Positions 35,090 to 44,308 of a stretch of 47,223 nt of DNA are shown piece by piece. The notes under the pieces were generated by a model. It did not search any database. It worked only from the letters and a program-made list of their open reading frames with translations, and was not told where the DNA came from. The translations under genes and the position numbers were made by a program. The stretch comes from Thermoplasmata archaeon (GTDB lineage: Archaea; Thermoplasmatota; Thermoplasmata; Lutacidiplasmatales; UBA184), in NCBI GenBank assembly GCA_049799275.1, contig JBARHO010000247.1, positions 1 through 47,223 of the forward strand. Reading direction: 5' to 3'. How positions within the stretch are numbered: the first letter of the stretch is position 1; every line of letters begins with the position of its first letter.

Positions 35090-37267
35090 TTAGGCCGTCA
35101 GCTTCAGAACGCCGAGGTTGAGGTTCGACCCCGAGACCGTCACGAGCTTGGTCAAGTAGGTGTACCCGGGAGCGACCACGGTGAACCCGTAGGTCTCCCC
35201 TCCGGGAACATAGAACGTGGCCACTCCGTGGCTCCCGATCGAGGTCGATTCGGTCTCCCCCGCCACGATGAAGTTCACCGTGCCGGAGGTCACGGGGGAC
35301 CCCGAGGAGGATTCGATCGTGACCGTGACCGAACGGAGCACGGCCGTCGCGAAGTAGGGCAGGATCTCCAGCCAGCCATTGTCCACGGTCCCGGTCATGA
35401 CCTCCCAGATCAGGCCGGACCGTTGCATCGTCCAGACGTACTCTCCGTTCGGCAGCCACTCCAAGAGGTACCCATTGGGGTTCGAGACCATCTGGGTCAC
35501 GCCGGTCTGGTTGAAGGTAGATACCGTGGCGCCCGCGAGCGACGTACCGTTCGAATAGTCCGTTCGGCCGGTGACACGGAAATTGGTCGTGGGCGAGAGG
35601 GTCGCGAGCTTGAACGTCGCGACCGACTCGGCCGCCCCGGAGACGACGAGCGCGATCAGGGCCGGTTCATACCCCTTCGCGTTCGCCTGAAGGAAATAGG
35701 TCCCGTTCGGGATCTGGGCGGTGAACTGGCCCTTCGAGCTGGTGGAGCTCGTCATGAGGGAACCGTTCTGGATCCAGTCTATCATCGCCTTTCCGATCGG
35801 CACGGAGGATGAGGTCTCGACGGTCCCCGTGATCGCATACTTCGTGAAGTAGATGGGGTTCGGGGCGAGGACCAGATCGAAGTTCGAGATCGACGCTCCA
35901 TTGACGGTGAGGGTCTGTTCGTCCGGGAAGTATCCCGCAGCGGTGCCGGTCACGTTGTAGGTCCCGTTCGCCGGGGAGAGCGTGAACGTCCCTGCGGATC
36001 TGGAGGTGGTCCACGTGTAGACGGGGTCCGTGATGTTCGCGCCGGCCAGCACGGTGCCGGACGAGGAGGTGACCGTCCCGGTCACGGAATAGATAGGGTC
36101 GAAGGTGAAGAGGTCGGTCATCGGGGGCGATCGCGTCCACGAATCATTGTGGCCGGTGCGTCCCAGGTCGAGCAGCCATTCCGTGGTCGTGAGCAGGCTC
36201 ACGGTGTCGTAGGGGATCACGGAGGCGAGACCATGGCGGGCGTACGGGCTGACCGCGATCGTGAGGATCTGCCCCCCCCCGGTCCCGTACGGGAGGTTCC
36301 CGTAGCCCTCATCGAACGTGATGAAGAAGACCGTGTTCGAGAAGATCGAGGAGTCGTTGACGAGCGGGGAAAGGAAGGACTTCAGCCAGTCGTTGGCCGC
36401 CGTCAGGTTCCCCGGACCCGGGGCTCCGTGCCCGTCGTCGATCTGGTTGGGGCTGATCCAGGAGTAGGCGGGGAGAGCGCTGGCGTTCACGTCGGCACTG
36501 AAGTTCGTGAGCGGGAGCACCTTGGCCTTGCAGACCGACGGGTTCGACGCGATGTCCTGGTAATGGATGAACGGGTCGTGGCCGGGGTTGTACAGCGTGG
36601 TATTGGTGACATCGCACGGGTAGGGGATGGATTGCATGAAGCTCCCCCAGGAAAGGCCCGCGGTGTCCAGGAGGTCGCCGATGTTCGTCTCGGTCTGGTT
36701 GAAGGCCAAGCTCGTGACCCCGGACGTGGCCGCGATGTAGTCATTGAGCGAATTGTGGTGGACCGCGAAGAAATTGTCCGAGTAGGCGTAGGTGTGCGCG
36801 AGATAGCTGAAGAAGGGCTGGGCTAGCGCAGCGGCGATCGCAGCGTTCTCGTCCATGATGACGACGACGTGTCGGATCGGGGTGGGGAACGATCCGCTCG
36901 AGGATCTGGATAGGGACATCGTCGTCGTCGAACTGGCGCCGTTGATCGTGACATTGGTATAGGTAGCCGAAAATCCGGCGGCCGTGGCCCGGAGCTCGTA
37001 GGTACCGTCCGCGAAATTACCGGAGGTGTACCCGGCAGCGGTGGTGGGATCCCCGATCTGGACCCAGGTCGATCCGGAGCGGTACGAGACGATGGCCCCG
37101 GAGACCGGAGAGCCGCTGGACAGGACCCGGATCGTTAGCTTGTAGGTGGTCGATGCGGAAGTAAGGGGTGCGGACAGCAGCAGAGCTGCGAGGACCGCGA
37201 TCGATATCGCGAGGGCTCTTTGGAGCGTCCTGCTCCTTCTCCCGGATCTCCGGTAACCTTCGGTCAT
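35090..37267 (-). CDS. Secreted phosphoesterase (PLC/AcpA-type, PF04185-like) flanked by CarboxypepD_reg/Ig-like domains
   Basis: ATG at 37267 and a signal peptide. N-terminal Ig-like domain; IRHVVVIMDENAA, HHNSLNDY, YSWISPNQIDDGHG, ITFDEGYG; then about four repeats of the pattern GTV..S.G..L.GA.I. The C-terminal region is dense in sequons. Confidence 0.7.
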   Translation of the reverse strand: MTEGYRRSGRRSRTLQRALAISIAVLAALLLSAPLTSASTTYKLTIRVLSSGSPVSGAIVSYRSGSTWVQIGDPTTAAGYTSGNFADGTYELRATAAGFSATYTNVTINGASSTTTMSLSRSSSGSFPTPIRHVVVIMDENAAIAAALAQPFFSYLAHTYAYSDNFFAVHHNSLNDYIAATSGVTSLAFNQTETNIGDLLDTAGLSWGSFMQSIPYPCDVTNTTLYNPGHDPFIHYQDIASNPSVCKAKVLPLTNFSADVNASALPAYSWISPNQIDDGHGAPGPGNLTAANDWLKSFLSPLVNDSSIFSNTVFFITFDEGYGNLPYGTGGGQILTIAVSPYARHGLASVIPYDTVSLLTTTEWLLDLGRTGHNDSWTRSPPMTDLFTFDPIYSVTGTVTSSSGTVLAGANITDPVYTWTTSRSAGTFTLSPANGTYNVTGTAAGYFPDEQTLTVNGASISNFDLVLAPNPIYFTKYAITGTVETSSSVPIGKAMIDWIQNGSLMTSSTSSKGQFTAQIPNGTYFLQANAKGYEPALIALVVSGAAESVATFKLATLSPTTNFRVTGRTDYSNGTSLAGATVSTFNQTGVTQMVSNPNGYLLEWLPNGEYVWTMQRSGLIWEVMTGTVDNGWLEILPYFATAVLRSVTVTIESSSGSPVTSGTVNFIVAGETESTSIGSHGVATFYVPGGETYGFTVVAPGYTYLTKLVTVSGSNLNLGVLKLTA

Positions 37268-37456
37268 GGCTGGTCGCTCTACGGCGTCCCCCCGAGGGCG
37301 TCGACCGCCAGAGGCGGATATAGACTCGTCCCACCCAACTCGCCAGCTCTGGCTGGGCCGGGAGCGGAAGTGGGTCGTCGAGCTCTCCGTCGGCTGCCGG
37401 CTGGCTTCGCCGCAGCGCTGTGCGTGAACGGTGGGGAAACGCGAGCCTGGGGCCCG

Positions 37457-37530
37457 TGCGGGCACCGGGATTTGAACCCGGGTTATAGGCTTGGCAAGCC
37501 TATGTGATAACCAGACTACACTATGCCCGC
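37457..37530 (-). tRNA. tRNA-Gly (anticodon GCC)
   Basis: Reverse strand: acceptor GCGGGCA/TGCCCGC, D arm TAGTGTAGTCTGGTTATCAC, anticodon stem-loop TAGGC-TT-GCC-AA-GCCTA, T arm CCGGG-TTCAAAT-CCCGG. Confidence 0.9.
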
Positions 37531-37591
37531 GCTGGCGGGCGCACTACTTCTAGGGATATTTGACCGCGACGGCCCGAACGGCGTTCGGAAA

Positions 37592-37617
37592 GGTTCGAGG
37601 TCCATCGACCTCGAACC
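37592..37617. terminator. Perfect 11-bp hairpin (possible bidirectional terminator or RNA element)
   Basis: GGTTCGAGGTC-CATC-GACCTCGAACC, preceded by a second hairpin CCGAAC-GGC-GTTCGG (37573-37587). It lies between tRNA-Gly(GCC) and the 3' end of the Lrp-like gene. Confidence 0.3.
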
Positions 37618-37701
37618 GAGCACGGCCGCCCGGGGCCCTCGCTAGGATCGGGGCCGTTTGGCCATGGTCCCACAGTGAACGAGGGCGGGCCTTCGAGGAC
37701 G

Positions 37702-38775
37702 TTACCGAGCGGGTTCGCTCGATCGCAGGACGGTCTCGATCCGCTCGTTCAACCAAGGCCGGATCGGCAAGATGGATCGGCCGTACCAGAGGAACACGTG
37801 GCGTACGCCTGGGATATGGGCCACGTGCGCGGTCAGTTCATCGAGCTCTGCGGTCGTTGGCGCAGAGACCCAAAGGGACAGGGTCGCCGTCTCCCCGTTC
37901 GGATCGGGCGGCGTCGGGCCCCAACAGGGGATGGCTTGCGGAGACAGTCCTCGGATCTGACGGGTGATCCTCTCACTGGTCTCGGGGGGTCCGACGGTAG
38001 CGACCAGGACCGCGAGCGTCTGGTAGAAACGGGAGAACTCGAAGATCGGATCGAACATCAGCGCTCCTTCATCGAGCAGGGAATCGAACCTGCGGGACGT
38101 CGCCCTCGCGGATCGACCGACCTCCGCCGCGAGTTCCGCCATGCTCGCCTCAGGATCCTGCCGAAGCGCGAGCACGAGCCGCCAGTCCGGACGTGACATT
38201 CGGCGCGAGCACGGAGGGAACTCGAAGGACATCTCGGGCCCGATCTCTTTCGTCCCCCCGGCGATCTGAAGTTGCCTCGATCGCCGTTCGGCCCCCGGCT
38301 CCGAGTCGACGAAGTAGATCGCCAATAGCGTGGTCCGGGCCGGAACGATCTGGATCATCCCGTCCATGAGGCTCAGGGGATCGATGGCCCTCTCTTGGGC
38401 GACCGGATCCGGAAAATCGATCATTCGGGCGGCCAAGCGGCCCCCCAGCAGCCCGGGATGGGGAAGGACGTCGTACCCGAGGAGGAAACCCCGAGTGCGC
38501 CACACAGACAGGTGGCGACGTACCGTCGCCGGACCAACTCCGAGTCGCTTGGCGATGAGTTCCGGCGACCGCCTCGGATCGAACCCCAGTCCGGCGGGCC
38601 CCTCGCCCGAGCACTCTCGCAGGATAGCGAGATCCAAGGAACCGAGCGCGCTGCCCCGTTCGCTGGTTGACCGAGGACGGGCACGCCCGCTGCCAGCGAG
38701 CTGCGTTCGGGGGGCGCTGTCCAGCGCTCGCCCAACGCTCGGAAGCGACGGGGCGGCCGATCCCACTCTCGACAT
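37702..38775 (-). CDS. Duplicated Lrp/AsnC-type regulator (two HTH plus two RAM-like modules in one chain)
   Basis: LDLAILRE...SPELIAKRLGVGPATVRRHLSVWRTRGFL and, later, DWRLVLALRQDPEASMAELAAEVGRSARATSRRFDSLLDEGAL. Each is followed by an alpha/beta module. Confidence 0.6.
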   Translation of the reverse strand: MSRVGSAAPSLPSVGRALDSAPRTQLAGSGRARPRSTSERGSALGSLDLAILRECSGEGPAGLGFDPRRSPELIAKRLGVGPATVRRHLSVWRTRGFLLGYDVLPHPGLLGGRLAARMIDFPDPVAQERAIDPLSLMDGMIQIVPARTTLLAIYFVDSEPGAERRSRQLQIAGGTKEIGPEMSFEFPPCSRRMSRPDWRLVLALRQDPEASMAELAAEVGRSARATSRRFDSLLDEGALMFDPIFEFSRFYQTLAVLVATVGPPETSERITRQIRGLSPQAIPCWGPTPPDPNGETATLSLWVSAPTTAELDELTAHVAHIPGVRHVFLWYGRSILPIRPWLNERIETVLRSSEPAR

Positions 38776-38923
38776 TCCCTGACGGCGCTATCGTTCGCAC
38801 TGCTCTTCAACATTTGATCCCGGTCACGCGGTGATCGAAATCTGCCGTTTCCGCCGCCGACCGTCGGATCCCGGTCATCCGCTAAGCGCCAGCATTGAGC
38901 CTCCGATCGCGATCGCACCAGCC

Positions 38924-40507
38924 ATGGGGCTGTGGCGTCCGGGAGCTCGAGCGGGTTCGGCTGGGATCTTCCGCCGGGGATCGACCCTCATCGCGTCCGT
39001 TGGTATCGCGGTGCTGGTGCTGTGTAGCTCGGCAGGCTTCGTGGCGCTCGCTGGGGACATCCTCCCCGCAGCCTCTCACGGCCCCGGCTCCAAGACGGCT
39101 CTCGACCTGCAGACCGTGTATCTGGGAAGGACGGTCGCGTCGGACCAGCCGAGCCCGTACTGTAACTTCGGGAACGCAAGTAGCCCTTTGATCCTCCTGT
39201 GCTACACCCCCGCGGATCTGAAGGTCGCCTACAACTTCCCGTCCGACCTGGATGGTTCCGGTCAGACGGTCGTCATCGTGGACGCCTTCGGGTACCCCGA
39301 GGTACAGGCGGACCTGAACACCTTCGATGCCATGTTCGGACTACCCTACACGAAGATCCAGATCGTCTGCCAGGCCGGCGTCTGCCCGGTCTTCGACCCG
39401 AACGACCCGGACCAGGTCGGATGGAGCAACGAGATCGCCGAGGATGTCCAGTCGGTCCACTCGCTGGCACCGGGCGCGCACATCGTTCTGTTCGTCGCCG
39501 CCAACGACGAGGATCTTACGCTGGAGGAGGCCGTACTGTCGGCCGTCCAGATCTTCCCGCACAGCATCCTGTCGCAGAGCTGGGGCGACCCGGAGCTCGA
39601 CATGCTCCATGGCACGTGCTTCGACGACACCGACCACCCGTCCGGCGACTGTAGCCCGGCCTATGTCCAGGAGACGCTCGCTGTCGGCGAGCAGGCCTAC
39701 CGTCTCGCCGCCGCGGGGGGCACCACCGTCTTCGCGGCCGCCGGTGACTGGGGAGCCGACAACTCCGGGCTCTGCGATGCGTTCCCGAGCCCCTGTGGCT
39801 TCACCTCGGCGAACCCGATCTACCCGTCGTCCTCGCCGTGGGTCACGGCGGTCGGGGGCACCCAAGGGGACCCGTACTATGAGGGGACCACGATCCCGCA
39901 TTGCGGGACAGCGACCGTGTGCAGCCTGGGATTGGTCACGTTCCTGAACACGCCCTCCTGCCAGCTGAACGTCCTGATCCCTCGGTCACCGGCGGCATGC
40001 ACGGCGGCCGGGTACGGAGGCGAACAGGTCTGGAACGAGCCCGAGTTCGACCTCGCCTCGGGAGGCGCGCCCAGCCTGATCTTCCCCACGCCGTGGTACC
40101 AGAGCGGGCTCGGCCTTCCATCGCGGGCGACCCCGGACGTCTCGGCCGACGCCGCGGCGTCGGGGGCGGGCTACATGTACTCGAGCGCGGTCGCCTCGCA
40201 AGCCGGGTGGAGCCTCGCGGTCGGAACGAGCTTCGGGTCGCCAGAGTGGTCGTCGATCGCCGCCCTCGCGGACCAATACGCCGCCGAGCACCACCGGGGC
40301 TCGATCGGGTTCATCAATCCCACCCTGTATCTGATCGGTGAGATACCCCTGCTCTACCACCTGGCCTTCCACGACATCACGGCCGGCAACAATGCCGTGT
40401 ATGGGAGCGCGGTCGGGTTCAACGCGAGATCCGGATGGGACGACGCCTCAGGCTGGGGCACGCCGAACGTGGCGAACCTCGTGCCGCTGCTCGTGGCCTT
40501 CTCGTAG
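38924..40507 (+). CDS. Secreted serine-carboxyl peptidase, sedolisin (S53) family
   Basis: Signal/TM after the ATG at 38924. A prodomain-like region, then VVIVDAFGYP, NEIAEDV (Glu/Asp of the SED triad), AAAGDWGADN, SGGAPS, VGTSFGSPEWS (Ser) and SGWGTPN. Confidence 0.8.
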   Translation: MGLWRPGARAGSAGIFRRGSTLIASVGIAVLVLCSSAGFVALAGDILPAASHGPGSKTALDLQTVYLGRTVASDQPSPYCNFGNASSPLILLCYTPADLKVAYNFPSDLDGSGQTVVIVDAFGYPEVQADLNTFDAMFGLPYTKIQIVCQAGVCPVFDPNDPDQVGWSNEIAEDVQSVHSLAPGAHIVLFVAANDEDLTLEEAVLSAVQIFPHSILSQSWGDPELDMLHGTCFDDTDHPSGDCSPAYVQETLAVGEQAYRLAAAGGTTVFAAAGDWGADNSGLCDAFPSPCGFTSANPIYPSSSPWVTAVGGTQGDPYYEGTTIPHCGTATVCSLGLVTFLNTPSCQLNVLIPRSPAACTAAGYGGEQVWNEPEFDLASGGAPSLIFPTPWYQSGLGLPSRATPDVSADAAASGAGYMYSSAVASQAGWSLAVGTSFGSPEWSSIAALADQYAAEHHRGSIGFINPTLYLIGEIPLLYHLAFHDITAGNNAVYGSAVGFNARSGWDDASGWGTPNVANLVPLLVAFS

Positions 40508-40643
40508 GCGGCGACGCGCGCCCGTTCCTCACTCGAGCGGGGACATGCCTAGGCGATCGCGACCAGGTCGGTACGAGCTCCGGGACGGCGAGCCTAGGCC
40601 TGAGCTCCTCCGCCCGGCTCCGGTTGGGATCCGGGAGGACCCC

Positions 40644-41042
40644 CTATCTCGGATCTGATCGAGCGCCCGGTTCTCGGAGCGAGGTGAACCACCACTCGTT
40701 CCCCCAAGCGTCCCGGACGCCGCCTCGCTTGTCCCCATTCGGTGCGATGGTGGGGTCTTGTACCTTCGATGCCCCCGCCTTCAGAGCTCGTGCATAGGCG
40801 GCATCCGCATCGGGGACGTACAGATGGAGCATCGCAGGGAACAGCGGCCGCTCGGAGGGAACGTCCGCGATCATGAGGAGCCCGTCCGCTACGCGGACCT
40901 CTGCGTGTCCGAGGGTGCCGTCCGGTCGTTTCTCTTGGAACCCGGCGATGCCGCCCATAGCCTCTTCGATGAAGCGGACCAGTCCCCCCGCGTTCTTCAC
41001 CGCGAGATACGGGGCCAGTCGCGGCGTCAGGTTCGGTTGCAT
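40644..41042 (-). CDS. VOC-family protein (PhnB/glyoxalase-like)
   Basis: LAPYLAVKNAGGLVRFIEEAMG...GHAEVRVADGLLMIAD...DAWGNEWWF. The start is probably the ATG giving MQPNLTP. Confidence 0.6.
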   Translation of the reverse strand: MQPNLTPRLAPYLAVKNAGGLVRFIEEAMGGIAGFQEKRPDGTLGHAEVRVADGLLMIADVPSERPLFPAMLHLYVPDADAAYARALKAGASKVQDPTIAPNGDKRGGVRDAWGNEWWFTSLREPGARSDPR

Positions 41043-41174
41043 GGGGATCTGGAAAGGACGGGTGGATTTACGGTCGCCGGAGGTCGTCACCCGCGATCTT
41101 CGGTCCCCCCCCCGTCCCGTTCCCCTCCCGGTCGGGGTGGACCCATGGATATCGGCGTGAGATGTTCCCCGTCC

Positions 41175-43103
41175 CTAGGTGAGCTTCAATCGGCGTAGGA
41201 GCCTCGAAAATCGGGGATCGGACCTGAGACGATCGAACCGGGGCTCGACCTTGATCCAGGCCAGCCAGGCGGACCGCTCCTTGTCCGCTCGCTCCAGCCA
41301 TTCGAAGGCATGGTCCGCGTCGCCGAGACCGACGTACACCATGGCGATCCAGTACGAGGGCACGTACGCGGACCGCGCCCGGTCGCGCAGTACGCCCAGG
41401 ATCCGGTTCGCCTGGCGTCGCTGCCCGGCCGAAGCGTAGGCGTGCCCGAGTACCGCGAGGCTCATCGTGCTCTTGTGGGACAGTCGGACCGCCGCACGGA
41501 CCTCCGTGATCGCCTCCGTGAACATTCCCTTCTCCAGGAACGGTCGACCGAACCACAGTCGGGCCTGAGCGAAGTTGGGATCCAAGCGGAGCGCCTTCCG
41601 ATACTGCTCGATCGCCGCGTCGTACTGTCGGCTGAGGTAGAGGACATGTCCGAGGGCCGTGTTGATCGCCAAGGACAACGGGTCGAGCTCGAGGGCCCGG
41701 CGCACCTCCAATTGGGCCTCGTCGAGACGTCCGACGGCCTTCAGCAGATCCGAATAGAACTGGTGGGCGACGGGATAGTTCGGATTGAGCGAGATGGCGC
41801 GACGGAACTCCCGTTCCGCCTCCAACCAGGACCGGTCGTAGAGGAACTGCACGAATCCCAGCGAGGTGTGCGCTTCCGCGAGAGAGGGATCGAGCTCGAT
41901 CGCCCTCAGCGCGGCCTTCTTGGCCTGAGGAAAGGCCTCTCGGGGGCGGAGGAACTCGAGCCAGGCGAGGAGGCTGTATGCGTCCGCCAGGCCCGCCTGG
42001 GCCTCGGCGAGATGAGGATCCAATCTAAGTGCGGTCCGGAAGCTCTCCAACGAGCTGAACAGTGGCTCCCGGCTGCGCTGGTTGAGAAGATAGCGCCCCT
42101 TCAGGTACGCCGAGTGGGCGGCAGAGTCCGAGGTGATGGGCCGACGCAACACGTTCTGCTCGCGACCCACCATCTCGACCCTCAGTGCGCTCGCCACGCG
42201 CTCGGCGATCTCCGTTTGGACCCGGAACACGTCGCCGATCTCCCGGTCGTAGGTCTCGGACCAGAGGGACTCCTCGCTGCGGCCATCCAAGAGCCGGACC
42301 GTCACCCGGAGGCGATTCCCCGCGGTCCGGATCGATCCTTCGACGATCGCGTTGGCCCCGAGCTCTCGCGCGATCTCCGAGGGTGGGCGCGTGCTACCTT
42401 TGAACCGCATGGTGGAGCTTCGGCCGATCGTCCGGAGGCCCACGATCCCGGACATCGTCTGGATCAGTTCCTCGGTGATCCCGTCCGCGAAGTACTCGTC
42501 CTCGGTCCGGCCGCCGATGTTGAGGAGAGGCAGAACGCCGACACGGGGCTGGCCCTGGCTGGGGGCGGAAGGGGTCGCCGGTCGAGCGGAAGGAAGATCG
42601 ATCCGGAACACCGCGATCGGCAAGCGAATGTTCTTGAGCTCGGGGGTGCCGATCGACTCGAATCGGGCACCGACCTTGTTCCGAACCTGATCATAGACCT
42701 GCTGCGTCACGCACACGCCCCCCGGCTCCGCGATCGGTTCGATCCGGGCGACGATGTTCACCGCGTCGCCGAACACGTCCTTTCCCCGTCGAACGATATC
42801 TCCCAGGTGAACCCCGATCCGGAGCTCGATGCGCTCCGCGGCGGAGGGGGGGAACGCGCGTGAGACCGCCCTCTGAACGCGGATCGCGCAGTTCACGGCC
42901 GATAGGGCGCTCGGGAACTCCACGAGGAACCCGTCGCCGAGGCTCTTGACCACGCGACCTCGAAAGCTACGAAAGACCGGACGGACGCACCGCTCTTGGG
43001 CCCGAAGGAGCTGGAGCGCCCGTCGCTCGTCCCGCTGGGTCAGGGACGAGTACCCGACGATGTCGGTGAGCAGCATCGCGGCGAGCTGGCGCGTGGGGGG
43101 CAC
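41175..43103 (-). CDS. Class III adenylate/guanylate cyclase fused to a TolB-N-like linker domain and TPR repeats
   Basis: AAMLLTDIVGYSSL, KSLGDGFLVEF, RIGVHLGDIV, DVFGDAVNIVARIE. The C-terminal half is made of repeated TPR units (A..Y..AL.LDP). Confidence 0.85.
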   Translation of the reverse strand: MPPTRQLAAMLLTDIVGYSSLTQRDERRALQLLRAQERCVRPVFRSFRGRVVKSLGDGFLVEFPSALSAVNCAIRVQRAVSRAFPPSAAERIELRIGVHLGDIVRRGKDVFGDAVNIVARIEPIAEPGGVCVTQQVYDQVRNKVGARFESIGTPELKNIRLPIAVFRIDLPSARPATPSAPSQGQPRVGVLPLLNIGGRTEDEYFADGITEELIQTMSGIVGLRTIGRSSTMRFKGSTRPPSEIARELGANAIVEGSIRTAGNRLRVTVRLLDGRSEESLWSETYDREIGDVFRVQTEIAERVASALRVEMVGREQNVLRRPITSDSAAHSAYLKGRYLLNQRSREPLFSSLESFRTALRLDPHLAEAQAGLADAYSLLAWLEFLRPREAFPQAKKAALRAIELDPSLAEAHTSLGFVQFLYDRSWLEAEREFRRAISLNPNYPVAHQFYSDLLKAVGRLDEAQLEVRRALELDPLSLAINTALGHVLYLSRQYDAAIEQYRKALRLDPNFAQARLWFGRPFLEKGMFTEAITEVRAAVRLSHKSTMSLAVLGHAYASAGQRRQANRILGVLRDRARSAYVPSYWIAMVYVGLGDADHAFEWLERADKERSAWLAWIKVEPRFDRLRSDPRFSRLLRRLKLT

Positions 43104-43282
43104 TTCCCTGTCATGGGCTCCCGGAATTTACAGCCTCGCCCCGGCGCAGCAAGCGGGCTGGCCCATCGGGTCCCGGTCCGCCGAAGGCGCCGGGGATCTG
43201 CCCCGGGCAGGAGGACGCGCGCTGTGATCGCTGGTGGGGGCTTTCCGTGCGGCCGTGAAAGCCGGGAGCGCGCGAAGGCACG

Positions 43283-44275
43283 CTACGGATGGAGACCCAG
43301 GGCGATCGCGAGCGAGATCACCCCTGCTCCAGCGAGGAGTCCCGAGATCGGTCCCACCGCCCACCCGACGAGGATCCCGCGGAGGACGGGCCAGTGGATG
43401 GTCCGTTCTCCCCGGGCGAGGCCGGCCCCGGCCATTCCCCCGACCAGCGCCTGGTTCATCGAGGTGAAGGCGCCGAGCAGCACCACGCTGGTCAAGATGA
43501 CGGCCGCCTGGGCCGATTGGGCGGCGATGGCCATGGGCCGGTCCACCGTTACAATGTCCGTTGCGACGGTCGACAGGAGGCGCCCGCCCCACGTGAGGAC
43601 GCCGACGGCGAGCGCGATACCTCCGATGACCCCCGCTAGGAGGACACCGGTGAGCCCGGTGGAAACGAAGACCGCCGTTGCGTTCGCAACGTCGTTCGCC
43701 CCCATCGCGAACGAAGCGGCGAGGGCCATGACCACCAGAAGTTGGGCCGACGAGGTCCCGCCCCAGCGGACCACGTTCCCGGTCCCTCCCTTGGAAGGCC
43801 GATCCCGGGGCAACGCGCGAGTGACGAGGTAGCCGATCGCAAGGGCGGCAATGGGGGCGCCCACCCAGACGGCGACGAGCCCACCGATGTTCTCCCAGTG
43901 TACCGGGACGTGGTCCCCCAGCGCGACGCCGATCAACGAGAAAACGAAGATCTGGATGGTCGACGTGGGGATCTTGTAGTAGTTGTAGGCGGTCGTCAGC
44001 GCGAACGCCGTGAGGACCACGGCGGCCGCGGCGACGACGGAGAGCTCGGATGCCGCAACGAGGTCGAGACCGATGTTCCCGACGACCTTACCGCTCGCGA
44101 TCGCCGCTCCCGCGACCGTCAGGAGGGCCATTCCGATCAGTGCGCGATCCCGTCCGATCGCACCGGAACCGTAGGCCATCCCCATGCACGCTCCCGTGTA
44201 GTGGGCCCCGATGCTCCACGCGAACGCGAGCGCGGCGACGACGAGGACGACGACCGGGAGACTCAGCGCGAGCAT
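43283..44275 (-). CDS. PiT/PHO4-family inorganic phosphate (or related anion) transporter
   Basis: About 10 TM helices. The C-half signature FAMGANDVANATAVF is present. The N-half equivalent reads WSIGAHYTGACMGMAYGSGAI. Confidence 0.75.
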   Translation of the reverse strand: MLALSLPVVVLVVAALAFAWSIGAHYTGACMGMAYGSGAIGRDRALIGMALLTVAGAAIASGKVVGNIGLDLVAASELSVVAAAAVVLTAFALTTAYNYYKIPTSTIQIFVFSLIGVALGDHVPVHWENIGGLVAVWVGAPIAALAIGYLVTRALPRDRPSKGGTGNVVRWGGTSSAQLLVVMALAASFAMGANDVANATAVFVSTGLTGVLLAGVIGGIALAVGVLTWGGRLLSTVATDIVTVDRPMAIAAQSAQAAVILTSVVLLGAFTSMNQALVGGMAGAGLARGERTIHWPVLRGILVGWAVGPISGLLAGAGVISLAIALGLHP

Positions 44276-44308
44276 CGGACCACCCGTCCCGCGTTGTCCG
44301 AGCGTTCC

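Noticed and set aside
38079-38100. tRNA T-arm-like GCAGG-TTCGATT-CCTGC on the reverse strand, and a similar GGTTCGATTCC at about 20715
   Set aside because: There is no matching acceptor or D arm. Both lie inside well-supported CDSs (the Lrp-like gene and nfo), so they are chance matches.
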